DNA from: Cirrosporium novae-zelandiae
Taxonomy: Eukaryota
Reading direction: 5' to 3'
Assembly (NCBI GenBank): GCA_026023565.1
Contig: JAPETS010000042.1
Coordinates: forward strand, 62,001 to 126,000
DNA length: 64,000 bases
The notes beneath the pieces were generated by a model that saw only the letters and a program-made list of their open reading frames with translations, made no database searches and was not told where the DNA came from. The translations under genes were made by a program, and so were the position numbers. Of the stretch, positions 45,887-57,961 are shown one piece after another (position 1 is the first letter of the stretch; the number at the start of each line of letters is the position of its first letter).

Positions 45887-46742
45887 ATGATGTGGACACG
45901 ATGCCTTTTCCGCAACACTCTATCCTTGCGCACTAGTCTGACCGTTCGAAATTTGACCTCATCATCTATTCTCGGTACTAGGCTTTGCAGAGTTCCAAGA
46001 CCTCGAACCTGGCCGTTGCGAATATCATCACCGCGTCATGCGCGATTCCAATCAACCATTGTACATTCGAAGAAGGGTCTGTTGCATATCTTGATCTGTG
46101 AGTCACATTCACTCACTCTTCCCTAGGGTTCCCCGATAAGCTTCTCGTATACCATGGCAAGGTCGGAAAGACCGTCTTCATCGGTGTCTTGAAGATGGGA
46201 ACCATGTTTTTCTTTATTGGCACGTGTGTTGTCATTGCACCGGCGCTCAGTAAGGATCCGGATATGCCTTGGTGGGCGACTCCCCTTGGTACAGTTCCCC
46301 AAGCCTTACTACTCCACTCCATCACTAATTTTTGATCCCATTAGCTGTTCTTCTTGGTACTGTGCCAATGCTCGCTGTTGGATATGCAACCGCACCCTTT
46401 GTTACATTTGCACACCTGCATTTGCCACCTCATGTCCGTCGTTCATGGGAACGAATTGTCATTTACTCGAAGCGTTTGCCCCCAGACGCGAAACTAACCA
46501 TATCAACGATGCGTTTCTCCACATTTTCTAGAACTACCCAAATCAATGTTTCTGATTTGAGACCTATGAAAGCTTGGTATACCGCTGCAAATATTTGCAA
46601 TCCCCGTACTTCTTTCGGTCTACAAAGTAAGGCTCCTTGGCTATTAGGAGGCCCCGTGCACCAATTCTATATAGGACCTCAAGAGAAAAAGGTTCTGAGA
46701 GATGAGATATGGAGGAATATTATGAAAAAGATTCAACATTGA
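45887..46742 (+). CDS. Hypothetical, probably mitochondrial membrane protein
   Basis: Arg/Ser-rich presequence-like N-terminus. Introns 46077..46126 and 46289..46344. Two hydrophobic segments, then APFVTFAHLHLP. Confidence 0.65.
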
Positions 46743-47956
46743 ACCATTCCAGGGTGAGAGTTTAAATTAAAATATATTTTACAGGAAATATGCTTGTATG
46801 CATGTCGATGGCAGATCTTTGCCTCTTTTATTCATGACCCATGGACGATTTCCTCATGCATACAGCGGTCCAATCATTTATGAGAATCCAAGAGCTGTAC
46901 ACTTCATATAGTATTATGTACTAATAACGTGTACACTATCATCACGCTGGTGATTAAAAACGAGAATCATAAACCTAATTCAATATTCAAATCCACAAGG
47001 ACAACTGTGAAAGAGTGAATATAATATTGTGCCGCGGCTGCGAGTTGTTTCCAAGGAACATTAGGATTATTTCTAACCCCTATTCAAATAGATCACCTCT
47101 TTAGGAGATCTTGATTGACCCTCGTGGCCATTTCTAGGAATTTCTCAACCCCAGTGTACCCCAGCTAGAAACTCCTCACAACATATTTTCCCGGGTGCAA
47201 GCAGGAACTAATGGGGACCATTCGAGCAAATAGGTGAAATTTACCTAGAGAATTTTATGTATGCATGCTTCAATCCACTAGTCCTTTGTTTATAGGTTGA
47301 TGCTATCGATTATTTACAGCACTTTCATGACTGCCCTACTATCTGGAAATAAAACTTCCCTCGTAGGCATGAAATCTGGTGTTTGGTCTAGTAGTTTACT
47401 TATAATATGTACATGTGTTCAGGGCATAAACCAATTAAATTATCTACCATCAGCCTCCAGAGTCTTGTTCACATATATACAGAGTAAGATGCTCGGAGGT
47501 CAAGTTGGACAGTACGAATTCGGACTGTATACTCTTTCTACGAAAGGGTAACCCAACGTCAGGAAAATAATAATCGGAACATAAAGATCCTTAAGTTTGA
47601 AAATTTTAGCTAGAGGATCAAGTCAAGAAATCGTGGAGTATCTTCGCGAGAGGAGTGAGAAGTTCTTTATGGATTTGCCACCAAACTTCTGATGATAACA
47701 CACTTTTTCCAATCTCACCATATCATTCTTCCTCATTCCCTTCACCTTGAACTTATACTTGGTATAGACAAGGTGCCATTCTCCAACCAGCTTACTACTT
47801 AAACCCTCTAACCTTCCACTTCACTTTACACTTCTCCTTAACATCCACTATCCTCCTATCTTCAGCCACTTTCAAGCTCTACAACATCATCTATCTCTTC
47901 TCAAGCTGGTTGCCGTAACCACACCCACAAGTCCATCCAGGACAGACAGAGCAACA

Positions 47957-48630
47957 ATGTCGAACCTTACACCCCGAGACCAAGAGTTCATCATCGCCAT
48001 CTTCAAATGCTCTGAAGGATCCCTCAAGGTAGATCCCCACTTCCTTCCATTCTATCCCATTGCTAACCAGAATCCCCTCCCTAGATCGACTACGACCAAG
48101 TAGCCAAAGAGCTAAACCTGAAGAACGCCGCCTCCGCCAGGGTGAGCTGGAGTGGAGTCAGAAAGAAGCTTCACAGCAACGTCGGCGGTGATGATTCCAA
48201 TGCCAACGGTACAGACACTGCTCCTTCGGCTCCAGTCACAAAGAAGAAACCAGCCACCCCCCGTAAGCGTAAAGCTGCAGCCCTAAAAACTGATAACGAC
48301 AACGGCGATGAGAATGGCAAAGGTGACGAAAATCCCGCCTCTCCAGCTCTAACCACCCCATCCAAGCCCAAACCCAAACGCGCCCGCAAGTCCAAGGCCG
48401 CTACCAAGAAAGAGGAACAGGAAACCTCACTCCCACCTCAACCTCCTGCTTCCACTCACACCCAAGCTCAAACCAACGATGGCGAGGCGGCTACAACCGA
48501 GAATGCCATCCTTCCTGATACTGAGAATGCCAATGGAGATTCTGTCAAAGCCGAAGATGAAGATGTGGACATGGCTCGTATCCAAAAAGAACATGTGGGG
48601 TATGATGAGGTCGGGATTGATGATGCCTAG
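47957..48630 (+). CDS. Small nuclear protein with Myb-like N-terminal helical domain and Lys-rich disordered tail
   Basis: Exon 47957-48028 (MSNLTPRDQEFIIAIFKC...), intron 48029..48084, then IDYDQVAKELNLKNAASARVSWSGVRKK and NLS-like TPRKRK and PKRARK. Confidence 0.65.
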
Positions 48631-50135
48631 ATGAGATACAGGGAAGGGGGACGCATAAACATGATGTAGATATGCGAATGTGCGTGTGCATAGGTATGTA
48701 TATTCGCTTGATTGAACCACACCAAATCTCATCATCACCATCACAATCACCACAAGAAAAAATAAAAACTAACCCACCCAACCCAATTTAGTCGTCGATC
48801 AAACCCTCCCCCACACACACATCACCATCATCATGATCCCTCATCTATCCATGCATCAATCATCAATCTACTACCCTAACCTAATAACAGTAAACCCATC
48901 CTGCCTCACCTTCCCCCCCTCTTTTCTCTTTTCTTTTTTTTCTAACTCATTCATCCATTTCACTTCAGCAAGATAAAGAAATTCTTTTTTCTTCTCTTTT
49001 TTCATTTCCTTGAGTCAACCGTGATTTTCTTTTATGATGGACATGAATAAAATATCAGGAGTCGTTAGGATCAAGGGGAGTGGAATTGGATGGCATAGGA
49101 TAGGAGAGAAAGGGATAGTTAGATCAGGGAGTTAGTACGAAATGAAAAAAAAATGAGAAAGATGGAAAAAAACAAAGTTTTTATCTTTGTCTTGGTCTTG
49201 TGCCTTGGTTTTAAATACTGTACATCCGCATCCATGCATGAAGCAAAGCAATACCCCCCCCCCCAAAAGAAAGCCTAAAAATACCAAGACCAGCACTAGT
49301 AAGTAAACAAACAAACATCCCCGAACAATACACCTCAATAGTCATACAACCCCACACCCATACACAGAAATATAGATTCCTAACTCCCAACTCTCAGTGT
49401 CTCGATATTTCAAATCCCTATCTTCTCTTGTGGCTTCAGGGATGTACATAGTTTTATTCACTTAGGTATTTTTGTTGAGGGTGTTAGGAAAGGAGAGATG
49501 AGGTGAGACGACAGAGATGAAAATGCGGGAGAAGGAGGGGGAGCAAGAGGGGGGGGGGGGGGCTTAGTTAGGTAAGAGTAAGAGTGTTGCTGACTTGCCC
49601 CCTTTCTAATATGGTGATTGTTATATGGGAGATTGATTGTAGTAGCGTTGTTATTATATTTCTATGGCTAATTCTTTTTTTTTTATCCGAGGTTTAATAT
49701 TGCTGTTGCTGAGTGAGTGAGTGAGTTTTGTATTGTGTCATGCTCTTCTCTACTTCATATTATTATTCAATGCTAAGTTCCTGAGTAACTTGGCCAAAAG
49801 TGTTGATGATTTGACGATGCTGACGCTGTAGGAGTCCGCTGTGCCTTTCTCTTAACATCGACTCTACAACTATTGTACTTGTACCTGTACTGTATGCCCT
49901 ATTGCAGGGTCGATCATGGATCCCGTGAATCCAGTGTCATCTGTGGAGTTGATGTGTAGGTTGTGATTCCATCTGTTTTTTTTTTAACTATAGTGAACAG
50001 AGTCGGGAGAGTAGTCGCCTTTCAGACATTTCTGATCCTGGGTTATGGTGTAGCCAGGTTCTATATCAACCAAACACTGATTATCCACAGCTTAAGAGTG
50101 CTGGCTTGCCTCTAACACTCTTGAGTATATTTCAC

Positions 50136-51067
50136 TCAACCGAGGCTTCCAGAGACAAATACCACCAATACAGCAGCATAGGCAGCCGTCGCTCCAAACA
50201 TCTCAGACCTTTTGGCATTGGTAAGTAGACCGACGGTGGCGGCAAACAGGGCCGTAAAGAGAGCTATCAATCCTAGCCGCATACGAGGAGTTCTGATGAG
50301 GTACAGAGTAACTATGGCTCCTTCTAAGAGTAAGGCAGCTATTATTATGCTGGCACCGATGATGAATTTCTGGACGAAACGTTCAGAATAATATTTAATT
50401 TCGGTTGACGTCGAGTTGTGATAGCCCTAATTTGACGTTAACATAATACATGGTCTAATCATGCTTGAAGGTATTTTGAACTCACTGGCTGGAGCCTCTC
50501 GCCAATATCTTGTGCTATCCTATATAGACGATCTTGCTCCTCTGGGGCCTTTAGTGCGACAAAATCATGTCGTTCCTTTAGTAAATCTCGCCCGTATCCT
50601 GCGAGAGGTTTCGACTTTTCAAACCATTGCGAAAACGCCCCAAAAGCACGACTGCTGGGTTCTTGGAGCTTCAGGATACGGCTATGCAAAAGGAGTGCTT
50701 CCTCTGCTTGTGTTGTCAGAAAGTGTGCATTGTTAAGGAAGAATCAATATGGCATACGATACTCCTTCATCAGTCGTCGGGTCTTTTGAATGAGATCCAT
50801 TCTTTCCCCCTCTGCCGGGAACTCTCCAGCTCTTGCTACTAACGTCTCCCAGCATTTTGCTGAGGGTAAAATATCATCCGTTTGATGATCATTGTCTTCT
50901 TCATCGAGTTCGGTGAGGCGATTATCCGCTTCAAGAAGCTCGCTTTGAAGGTAAAGTAGGTTCCTGGCGTTTAGGCGATCGAAGCGTCGGAAAATAGATA
51001 ACTCTACATCGGATGCAATAAAATCTGCAAAGGACGCATAACATTCAATTCTTTTCTTCCCAGACAT
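50136..51067 (-). CDS. DUF6594-like membrane protein
   Basis: YASFADFIASD..LSIFRRFDRLNARNLLYLQSEL at the N-terminus. C-terminal TM region ends EMFGATAAYAAVLVVFVS. Two introns (about 50704..50757 and 50427..50485). Confidence 0.8.
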
Positions 51068-51141
51068 TGTGTTATCGGAGCACAATGGTTATTTTGAGTG
51101 TGATGAGATTGAAGGCTGCCAACATCATCTGTAGACCGGGC

Positions 51142-51534
51142 CAGTGTTGTCAATAGACTAGACTAACTAGACGGTCTATCGTAGACGGTCTATAGACCTT
51201 AGACCGACTAGACCAAGCTTTTTGATGGACCGAACAGACCTTGATTGCCCAAGGTCTATTATGGTCTATCACGTGCGTATATATATATGCCTGGGTATAT
51301 AGTATATCTAGGTACTTCAGATGTTACTGATAGAATTATACTTTTTATTTTGTTTAGATTAGATAATAGATTAGATAATGCCACGTGGAGATAAGATAAG
51401 GCGTTGTGAATCGGGGGTGTGGCCTGTGTCATATGACCAGACGGTCTATAGACCGACCAGACCGAGCCTCTCCGTCTGTAGACCGACCAGACCGAACCCC
51501 TTGGTCTGGTCGGTTTGGTCCATTCCCTACCCTG
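51142..51534. mobile_element. Degenerate non-autonomous TIR element (hAT-like MITE)
   Basis: Left end CAGTGTTGTCAATAGACTAGACTAACTAGAC aligns with the reverse complement of the right end, CAGGGTAGGGAATGGACCAAACCGACCAGAC. Many subterminal AGACC/GGTCT motifs. No TSD seen. Confidence 0.6.
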
Positions 51535-52555
51535 GTTAACGACTGCATATAGTAGTCTAGAATTTTTTAATACCTCTAATATAGTGAATGAATAACGGAC
51601 GTTTATTTTCATCTATCGTACCGTACCCTACATGTACATGTACATAACCAAAATCCCACCCTCCCCTACCTAACACCAACGAAAGAAAGGAAAGAAAAGA
51701 CCTCGTTTGTTATTATGCCCTTCTGTAGATACCACTTATAGTACTCAACTCTACCTCTATGGATTCAATTTGCCTGTTCATGATAGATCTACTTCACTCA
51801 CTCAACCTACCGCAAGTGTTGTGGTTCATAGACCGCCACATTCTCACCGCATAGATCCCAGCCCAAGGACGATTTAAATTAAGGATGAAGGGAAAAGAGG
51901 CAGTGCAGCGGGCTCCTGAACAAGGGTTAGATACGACAGAGATAGTCGCATCAAATCAAACCCACAATAACAAATGTCGCAAAGGCAGCACTGAGGGGAA
52001 AAAGGACAGTCCCAAAAGGGTAAGGGAAATACTCGAAGGAGATGGATATAGCGCTGCTAGGTAAACATACCCCGCACCCTGTACGACACTTTCAAGTGAA
52101 AAGAAGCGAGCGTACTGGCACAGCAGCAAACGGGAATGTCAAGATTTAATAGATACCCACACTGGATTGGGGTAGCGGAATCAATCAATGCGCTTGTGGG
52201 CAAGCAACGGAAACCAAACATTTTTTTTTCCGATATACGAGGTAGGAGGCATATCGGACACAAATATTAGAGCAAATAGATACAAGAAGAGTACATTGCA
52301 ACGCGCTCGCTCATCGCAAATACTGTATAGTATCGTCCCCCATAACCCCCCCTCCCCTTTTCTGACACGTGACTCTGTGATAGCCCTAGAAAGAAGCTTA
52401 TTCGTATAACTTGTTTTTTTATTTCTCTAAAGACTCCATCCTTTCTCGAGCAATATATAAAAGGTATATATTTCTTTTTACGCTCTGCAAAGGAATGACA
52501 TCAGCTACGTAATATAGCTATCGTCCAGTAACCTAATCTAAGTAATTTAAGTTAC

Positions 52556-52978
52556 TTACCTTGTATCAGATACGTAAGATAGAAGAAATAAAGCTTCATA
52601 GTCGCCTCCCAAATTCGACCACGTATTATATGTTTTGTCCAACGGGTATCTCTCTTGGAACACATTTTTGAAATCATCAAGTCTGCCTATTTGAGATCCG
52701 TACTTTTCGCACAATCTCTTCATCTCTTCATCTATCCCTTGACGAAGGAAGTCACCCAAATCCGCGGCTGTTGCTTGTAGATAAAAGCTCCCTTGACAGA
52801 ACCTTCTACGAATAACCCTTTCATCGGTATCGATGGATTTGCCGTGATCTATCTGAGCCAGGACTCCCAGCAGAAATCTTTTGTATCTTGGCGTAAAGAT
52901 TCGTATAGGTCTAATGAAGCTATGATGAAGAGTTGTGTTAACAATTGCAATGGTGAAGAGGACTGGCTCAGGCAACAC
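52556..52978 (-). pseudogene. Fragment of hypothetical gene
   Basis: 140-aa open frame ending at a GTAAGT donor. Upstream coding-like segments are interrupted by stops. Confidence 0.3.
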
Positions 52979-53411
52979 TACTCCAAAGTTAGCTGTGCCT
53001 CAACAACGTTGTTGAGGTACGACCAACTTTGGAATTAGCCAAGGAACAATCCAGATTTATTAACAATCTCCTACCTTATCTTGCAGCATGATACTGCGCA
53101 ACCATCATTTACGACTCTGACTAGCTCGCATTGAGTCCACCAGCATGGATATCGTAGAGGATTCTACGACAAGGTTTTCAGAACAAGTTCGTCCTACGAA
53201 ACAGCTAGGCCGTGATCTCTGAGACCAGCCTTTTATTTCGGTCTAGATGTGACAAGAACTTAGAAGCATGATTTTTCATCTCGAGTCATCTGCAAGAAAT
53301 ACTTGGATCATCTTGGAGAAGCTGCTCGAGTTAGAGGCGGGGATGGCAAAGCTAGATCCGGCTGGAGTGAACATCGGGATATCAGTCAGGGAGATGATAT
53401 CAAAGTTTGAA

Positions 53412-54132
53412 TCATTCGGACATAAGCCACCTTTGAATAACCTGACTTTGTTCCTGTGATGGTTCGCTCGCCTGTTCTTCCACATCTATTTGAATTTCCT
53501 CATCTGAGAAGCTGCTGTCATCAGGATATATATCAGCCGCCCAGTCTTTTATATCTTGATAGAGTTGGGTATCTCTTGGGCATATGGAACGCTCATCAGA
53601 TCCTGCTAGCCACTCAAACATCCAAAATATATATTGTCGTGAAGCTTTATCGGAAATCTCCACTTCATCGGGTAATCTTGAAGATGAGATTGCCTTGTAT
53701 GATACTTGGATGTCCGAATTATTTTCTGGATTTATTGAGTAACCACAATCAATATGAGTGTTCCCATCTGCACCGAACCATATCCAATTCTCCATCCGTA
53801 GAAAATGATCGAAACAGTATGCGTGGCCTTGAACGCTGAGATCTGTATCTCGTACAAGTGATTTCCCAGGGGGTCCCCATGGACATAAAGGTAGTTCACG
53901 TTCGCCAGAGATATAAAGAAGCGATGCTACTTTCCAACGGGAAATCCATTCTTGAGACGTAGAGGCAGCGGTAGTACAGCGACAGCAAATAAATGATTGG
54001 GGGTTTCCAGTCCACCACCCACATGCAAGTTCGCGAAAGAGCATTCTCAACCAACGAGTTCCAGATAAACCAGCTTTTCGAGACCATACTCTTTTTCTCT
54101 TCGGCTGAAGGTTCGATTTGATCCGTTTCCAT
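53412..54132 (-). pseudogene. Truncated or frameshifted fungal hypothetical protein
   Basis: Frame 54050-53412 has WTGNPQSFI, ISRWKVASLLY, CPWGPPG...TDLSVQGHAYC..H.L...W.W and IFWMFEWL, resembling the C-terminal part of a fungal hypothetical family. The upstream METDQ ORF is in another frame. Confidence 0.4.
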
Positions 54133-54713
54133 GATGCCGAAGAACTTGACCTAAATAATTAATTTATAAGGACAATAGATATCAATTTGGCAACACTCAG
54201 AGAGATGATGGGTTGTGAATCGTTGTGGGGGAAACCCCAGAAGGAAATTAGAGAAAAGCAGAATATAATAAGGATTAAATATGTCGATCGTAGAAGCTTC
54301 TAATCCCTCAAGCTACAAGTACGTAGGTATGAGGTAGGTATCTCAAAGCCCTATCGCTAAAAGTACTGTATCTTGGATCAGGTATCCGCTATCTACTAAG
54401 TAGTATCCGCTAACATGTACCGCATACCCGGTGCTACGAGTATATAACCTAGGCTGCACCATGACAGAGAGGTTAAAATAAATGAAGCGGGATTTATTTG
54501 GGTAGGATGGATATATCGTATTTGATTTTTTTTTGTTTTCTTTCTTTCTTTCTTTTTGTACCTTTGGTGGTCCCTTGACTTGGTGACCATATCTTATCCA
54601 TATCTCCTTCTTCCTTGGAAGTAGTAATGTATTTATACACACAAGTTACACACAAACCCATTTTCAGGCTCATTTACCTAGTACAAAGTCTCCACCCCAC
54701 CCCCTCCTCCTAT

Positions 54714-55803
54714 TCAGCGATAGGAACTCGCAAACGCACCCCTCTTCGCACCATCTAGAATCCGACTTCCAGAGCTCACATCGCCGGCCTTATGCGCCAC
54801 CTTCTCCCAATCTATTCTATCCCACCAACGTTTCAGAAACTCGTCTTTGCCCGCGACGCCGAAGTCCCTCAGCCATACGTGCTCCCAGGTATTGACGCAC
54901 AGGATTGGAATGACATCGATACCGCCCTTGGGTCTCTTGGCATCTGCTTTTCCGGCAGCCGAGGTGCGGCCGAAGGAACCGACGGTATTTGAGACCATGA
55001 GTTCGGGATTTGTGAGGTGCGTGTTTAAGTCTGCGGGCTGCTGCCGGTAGTGGGCGCCTGGGTAAGGGGACCCGGCAAGGTAGGTGGGGAGGATGGAGAG
55101 GCCCCTGGAGGGGTTGCTGACCAGCCATACGAATCCAGGTCCGAACATGCTAGAGGCGGTGGCTTGGAAGGTGGCTTTGAAGGAGTCTAGGGAGGAGAAA
55201 CTAGTGTTTATGTCATGGAGGAGGCTAGAGGGGATGGCGGTGGGGGTGGGGGATAGGGAGGAGAAGAAGAAGTGGTTGTTATGCGCCATACTAGCGTAAT
55301 TGAAGTAGGCGGCCCGGTCCGGTTGGCGGGCGTATTTTATTAGGAGCGTTTTGGTGTCGGTAGCTTGGGCGTCGGGGGTTCCTGTGGTTGGCGGGCACGG
55401 TTAGATGTGTGCGTTTAGAGGGGGGTATCATGTTGATGTTCAATCGTGTGCCAATCTTCTTTCATGGGTGCATTAGAGCATATATTATCGTACCTGATAT
55501 CAACAGGTTCAATTTGTGGACCATAAACCCTTCATATTCCGTCCAAGCCATTGAAAACCCCTCTGGTGAGATAAGGCCAGGAATTCCATTCTTCTGAAAG
55601 GTCTCTTCATGCTGCAATTGAGGAACGTAGAAGACGCCTCGTTTCTGGAAATTTGTGGGAGAGAATCGTTTCTAATTCATAGCAAGATACTTTTAATCAG
55701 CTTTCAATTGGAAGTAGAGATTTGGTCGGAGGAGACAGACGGATGGAGAGGAGAAGGCAGCACGCAGAGAAAGCTGCGGCCTCGTTAATCGTTGTAATAT
55801 CAT
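54714..55803 (-). CDS. Mitochondrial small-subunit ribosomal protein of the Fe/Mn-SOD-like type (mS42/Rsm26, Mrp1 family)
   Basis: Three exons. Presequence MILQRLTRPQLSLRAA; AWTEY, ASMAHNNHFFF, MFGPGFVWLV, TYLAGSPYP and CVNTWEHVW. SOD metal ligands are not conserved. Confidence 0.85.
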
Positions 55804-56557
55804 TAAAGAGTGGGGGGGGGGGGGGATGTTGTGAGTAAAGTAGGAAAAAGGCCTGGAAATCTCCGGATCCCTTTTGGTGTTGAGAAATGTCTTTTGTCTG
55901 GCTGGACGGGCTGGATATCCAAGAAAATCCAAAAAGGGTTTAGCTTCATCTAAAATTCACCGGAAAATCAATTCAGCCAATCAGAGAAGCTTTTTCCCTT
56001 TTTCCCAAGGACTTTTGCAACACCAAAGGAATATTTAGAAATCTTTACACCTCCAGAACCGCCCTACTTATTCTTCGGGTTTCAACAACCCAACCTTGAC
56101 TTTATTTTTTAACCAGTAGATCATTGTTCGTTCCCTACCGAGCCGGACTCGTGCAGCGCTTGATTTGATTGCCTGCTGTCCAATATCCATCTATGGTCAT
56201 TTATGCCTGAGAAGCCTCATCTTGTCCAACATTATCCCTTGATCTTTATTTGACTCGGCGCACCTAGTCATTCATCTTTCCACTGTGGCGTGCTTCGAAT
56301 CTTCTTTTTCCTCGTGATATTCTGATTATTTCTTTCTGCTGCTTATCCTAGACAATTTTCTAGAAGTTCCATCCTTCATCCTCTATCATCTTGCGAACAA
56401 AGAAATTAATTCTCTTTGTTCTTTTGAGTCAACTGTCTCTCTCACTAATTCTCTTGCTGGAAACTTCTCTCTATTTGAAATATTCAACTTCTATCTCTTC
56501 TTCTCGAGCAAAGCTATTTTGTCCATATTTACTCTGAGCATAACAACAGTGACGATC

Positions 56558-57961
56558 ATGAGGCGCTCAAAATCCAACAACTTGGCAGCATTCTGCCTCT
56601 TTGCAGCCATGATCACCTCAACCTCTGCTATGCCACCTCTAACCGCCTACTCCTTTCTTGATCTCTTTCCTCACGACTCGTCCCCTGCTTCACGCAATGC
56701 TCTTCTCGTTCGCGACGATTCATCCTGTGCAGACAACTACACATCCTGCGGCAACTCAAACCTTCCTTCAAATTTCTGTTGTCCGTCAAGCACGACATGC
56801 CTAACCCTCAACAACGACACATCTATAATATGTTGTCCATCAGGTCAAACCTGTACATCTATCCAACCCATCACATGCGATCTCTCACAGCAAAATGCAA
56901 CGCTACATCCCGAGGCTGCAATCAAGAGCACAAATTTAACAGGGTCTCTGTCGAGTTGCGGAGATAGCTGCTGCCCGCGAGGATATTCGTGCTCAAACTC
57001 AATATGTACCATAAACAAAAACAAATTATCAAGTGATACGAGCTCAACAGCATCTGTACCTACTTCCACAGCAACCGGAACAAAAACCTCTGTCCCCAAT
57101 ATCAGCTCCACCATCCCAACAAGCTCGTCCTCACCCTCCTCATCCGAATCTTCTACGTCCTCGTCCTCGGCCTCGTCAAATTCCTACCCCGCTCGTGCCA
57201 TTCTCGCAGGCTTCTTCCCCGGTCTAGCCCTCGGCGTTCTCATAGCCCTCCTATTCGTAATATTCCTCGGCCGCCGCCGCGCCAAAAAGGCTTCTCCTCA
57301 CAACTCCAAAACCCACCCCTTCGGCCGTATCTCCGCTGCCGTCTCCGACCCCATCTATCAAGAAGGTCCTGGAAATGTCCGTACCGATTTCCTCCGCCGA
57401 GAAGAAAGCCACAGTAGTTTCCAGATGTCCGAAGTCAGTTCAAACGCCCCAGGCCAACGAAAAAGTAGAATCAAGCGAAGCGCCAGTAAAGTGCGCTCCT
57501 ACTTTAGTCCTTCGACATATGGCTATGGTGGCAATCAAAATAATGCCAACTCAAACCCCCTACCCCCTGCCCCTCCTCGTGGTATCGGTATCGCACAACC
57601 GACAAAGGTCGCCTCCGCTTCCTCCGTCTGGCCCCCGAGCACCCCTCCACCTCATCCCCACACCCCACAAATTCCACCCCAAGCCTACTCGAACCACCAC
57701 TTCTCGGGTTTTTCGTCCTCGAACTCCCCACCATCCCGGGGGAACATGCAAAGAGAGCCTAGTTCAGAAAGCATCAAAGTTTACTCGACACCTGAGCGAC
57801 AGCAGCAGCAAAGATATCAACCGGAGACTGGCATGTTAAATCCTCCAGGTGGGCTGAATGGAGGAGAGGGTAACAGGGCAACCACTTTTAGTGGGCTAAT
57901 AGAGAGTGCAAGGAGGGGAAGTCCGGCTGGGACACCGACGCCACCCGATAATCGGATTTGA
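56558..57961 (+). CDS. Cys-rich single-pass cell-surface protein (Mid2-like architecture)
   Basis: Signal peptide, three CCP-containing Cys modules, Ser/Thr-rich stalk, TM AILAGFFPGLALGVLIALLFVIFL followed by RRRAKK, and cytoplasmic VSDPIY...RTDFLR. Confidence 0.78.
   Translation: MRRSKSNNLAAFCLFAAMITSTSAMPPLTAYSFLDLFPHDSSPASRNALLVRDDSSCADNYTSCGNSNLPSNFCCPSSTTCLTLNNDTSIICCPSGQTCTSIQPITCDLSQQNATLHPEAAIKSTNLTGSLSSCGDSCCPRGYSCSNSICTINKNKLSSDTSSTASVPTSTATGTKTSVPNISSTIPTSSSSPSSSESSTSSSSASSNSYPARAILAGFFPGLALGVLIALLFVIFLGRRRAKKASPHNSKTHPFGRISAAVSDPIYQEGPGNVRTDFLRREESHSSFQMSEVSSNAPGQRKSRIKRSASKVRSYFSPSTYGYGGNQNNANSNPLPPAPPRGIGIAQPTKVASASSVWPPSTPPPHPHTPQIPPQAYSNHHFSGFSSSNSPPSRGNMQREPSSESIKVYSTPERQQQQRYQPETGMLNPPGGLNGGEGNRATTFSGLIESARRGSPAGTPTPPDNRI

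Noticed and set aside
51430..51510. CRISPR-like repeat-spacer pattern
   Set aside because: Only two short units in a eukaryotic genome. Explained as subterminal repeats of the TIR element.
54714..55803. Fe/Mn superoxide dismutase
   Set aside because: Metal ligands are altered (NTWEH instead of DVWEH, first His absent). It fits the SOD-like mitoribosomal protein better.
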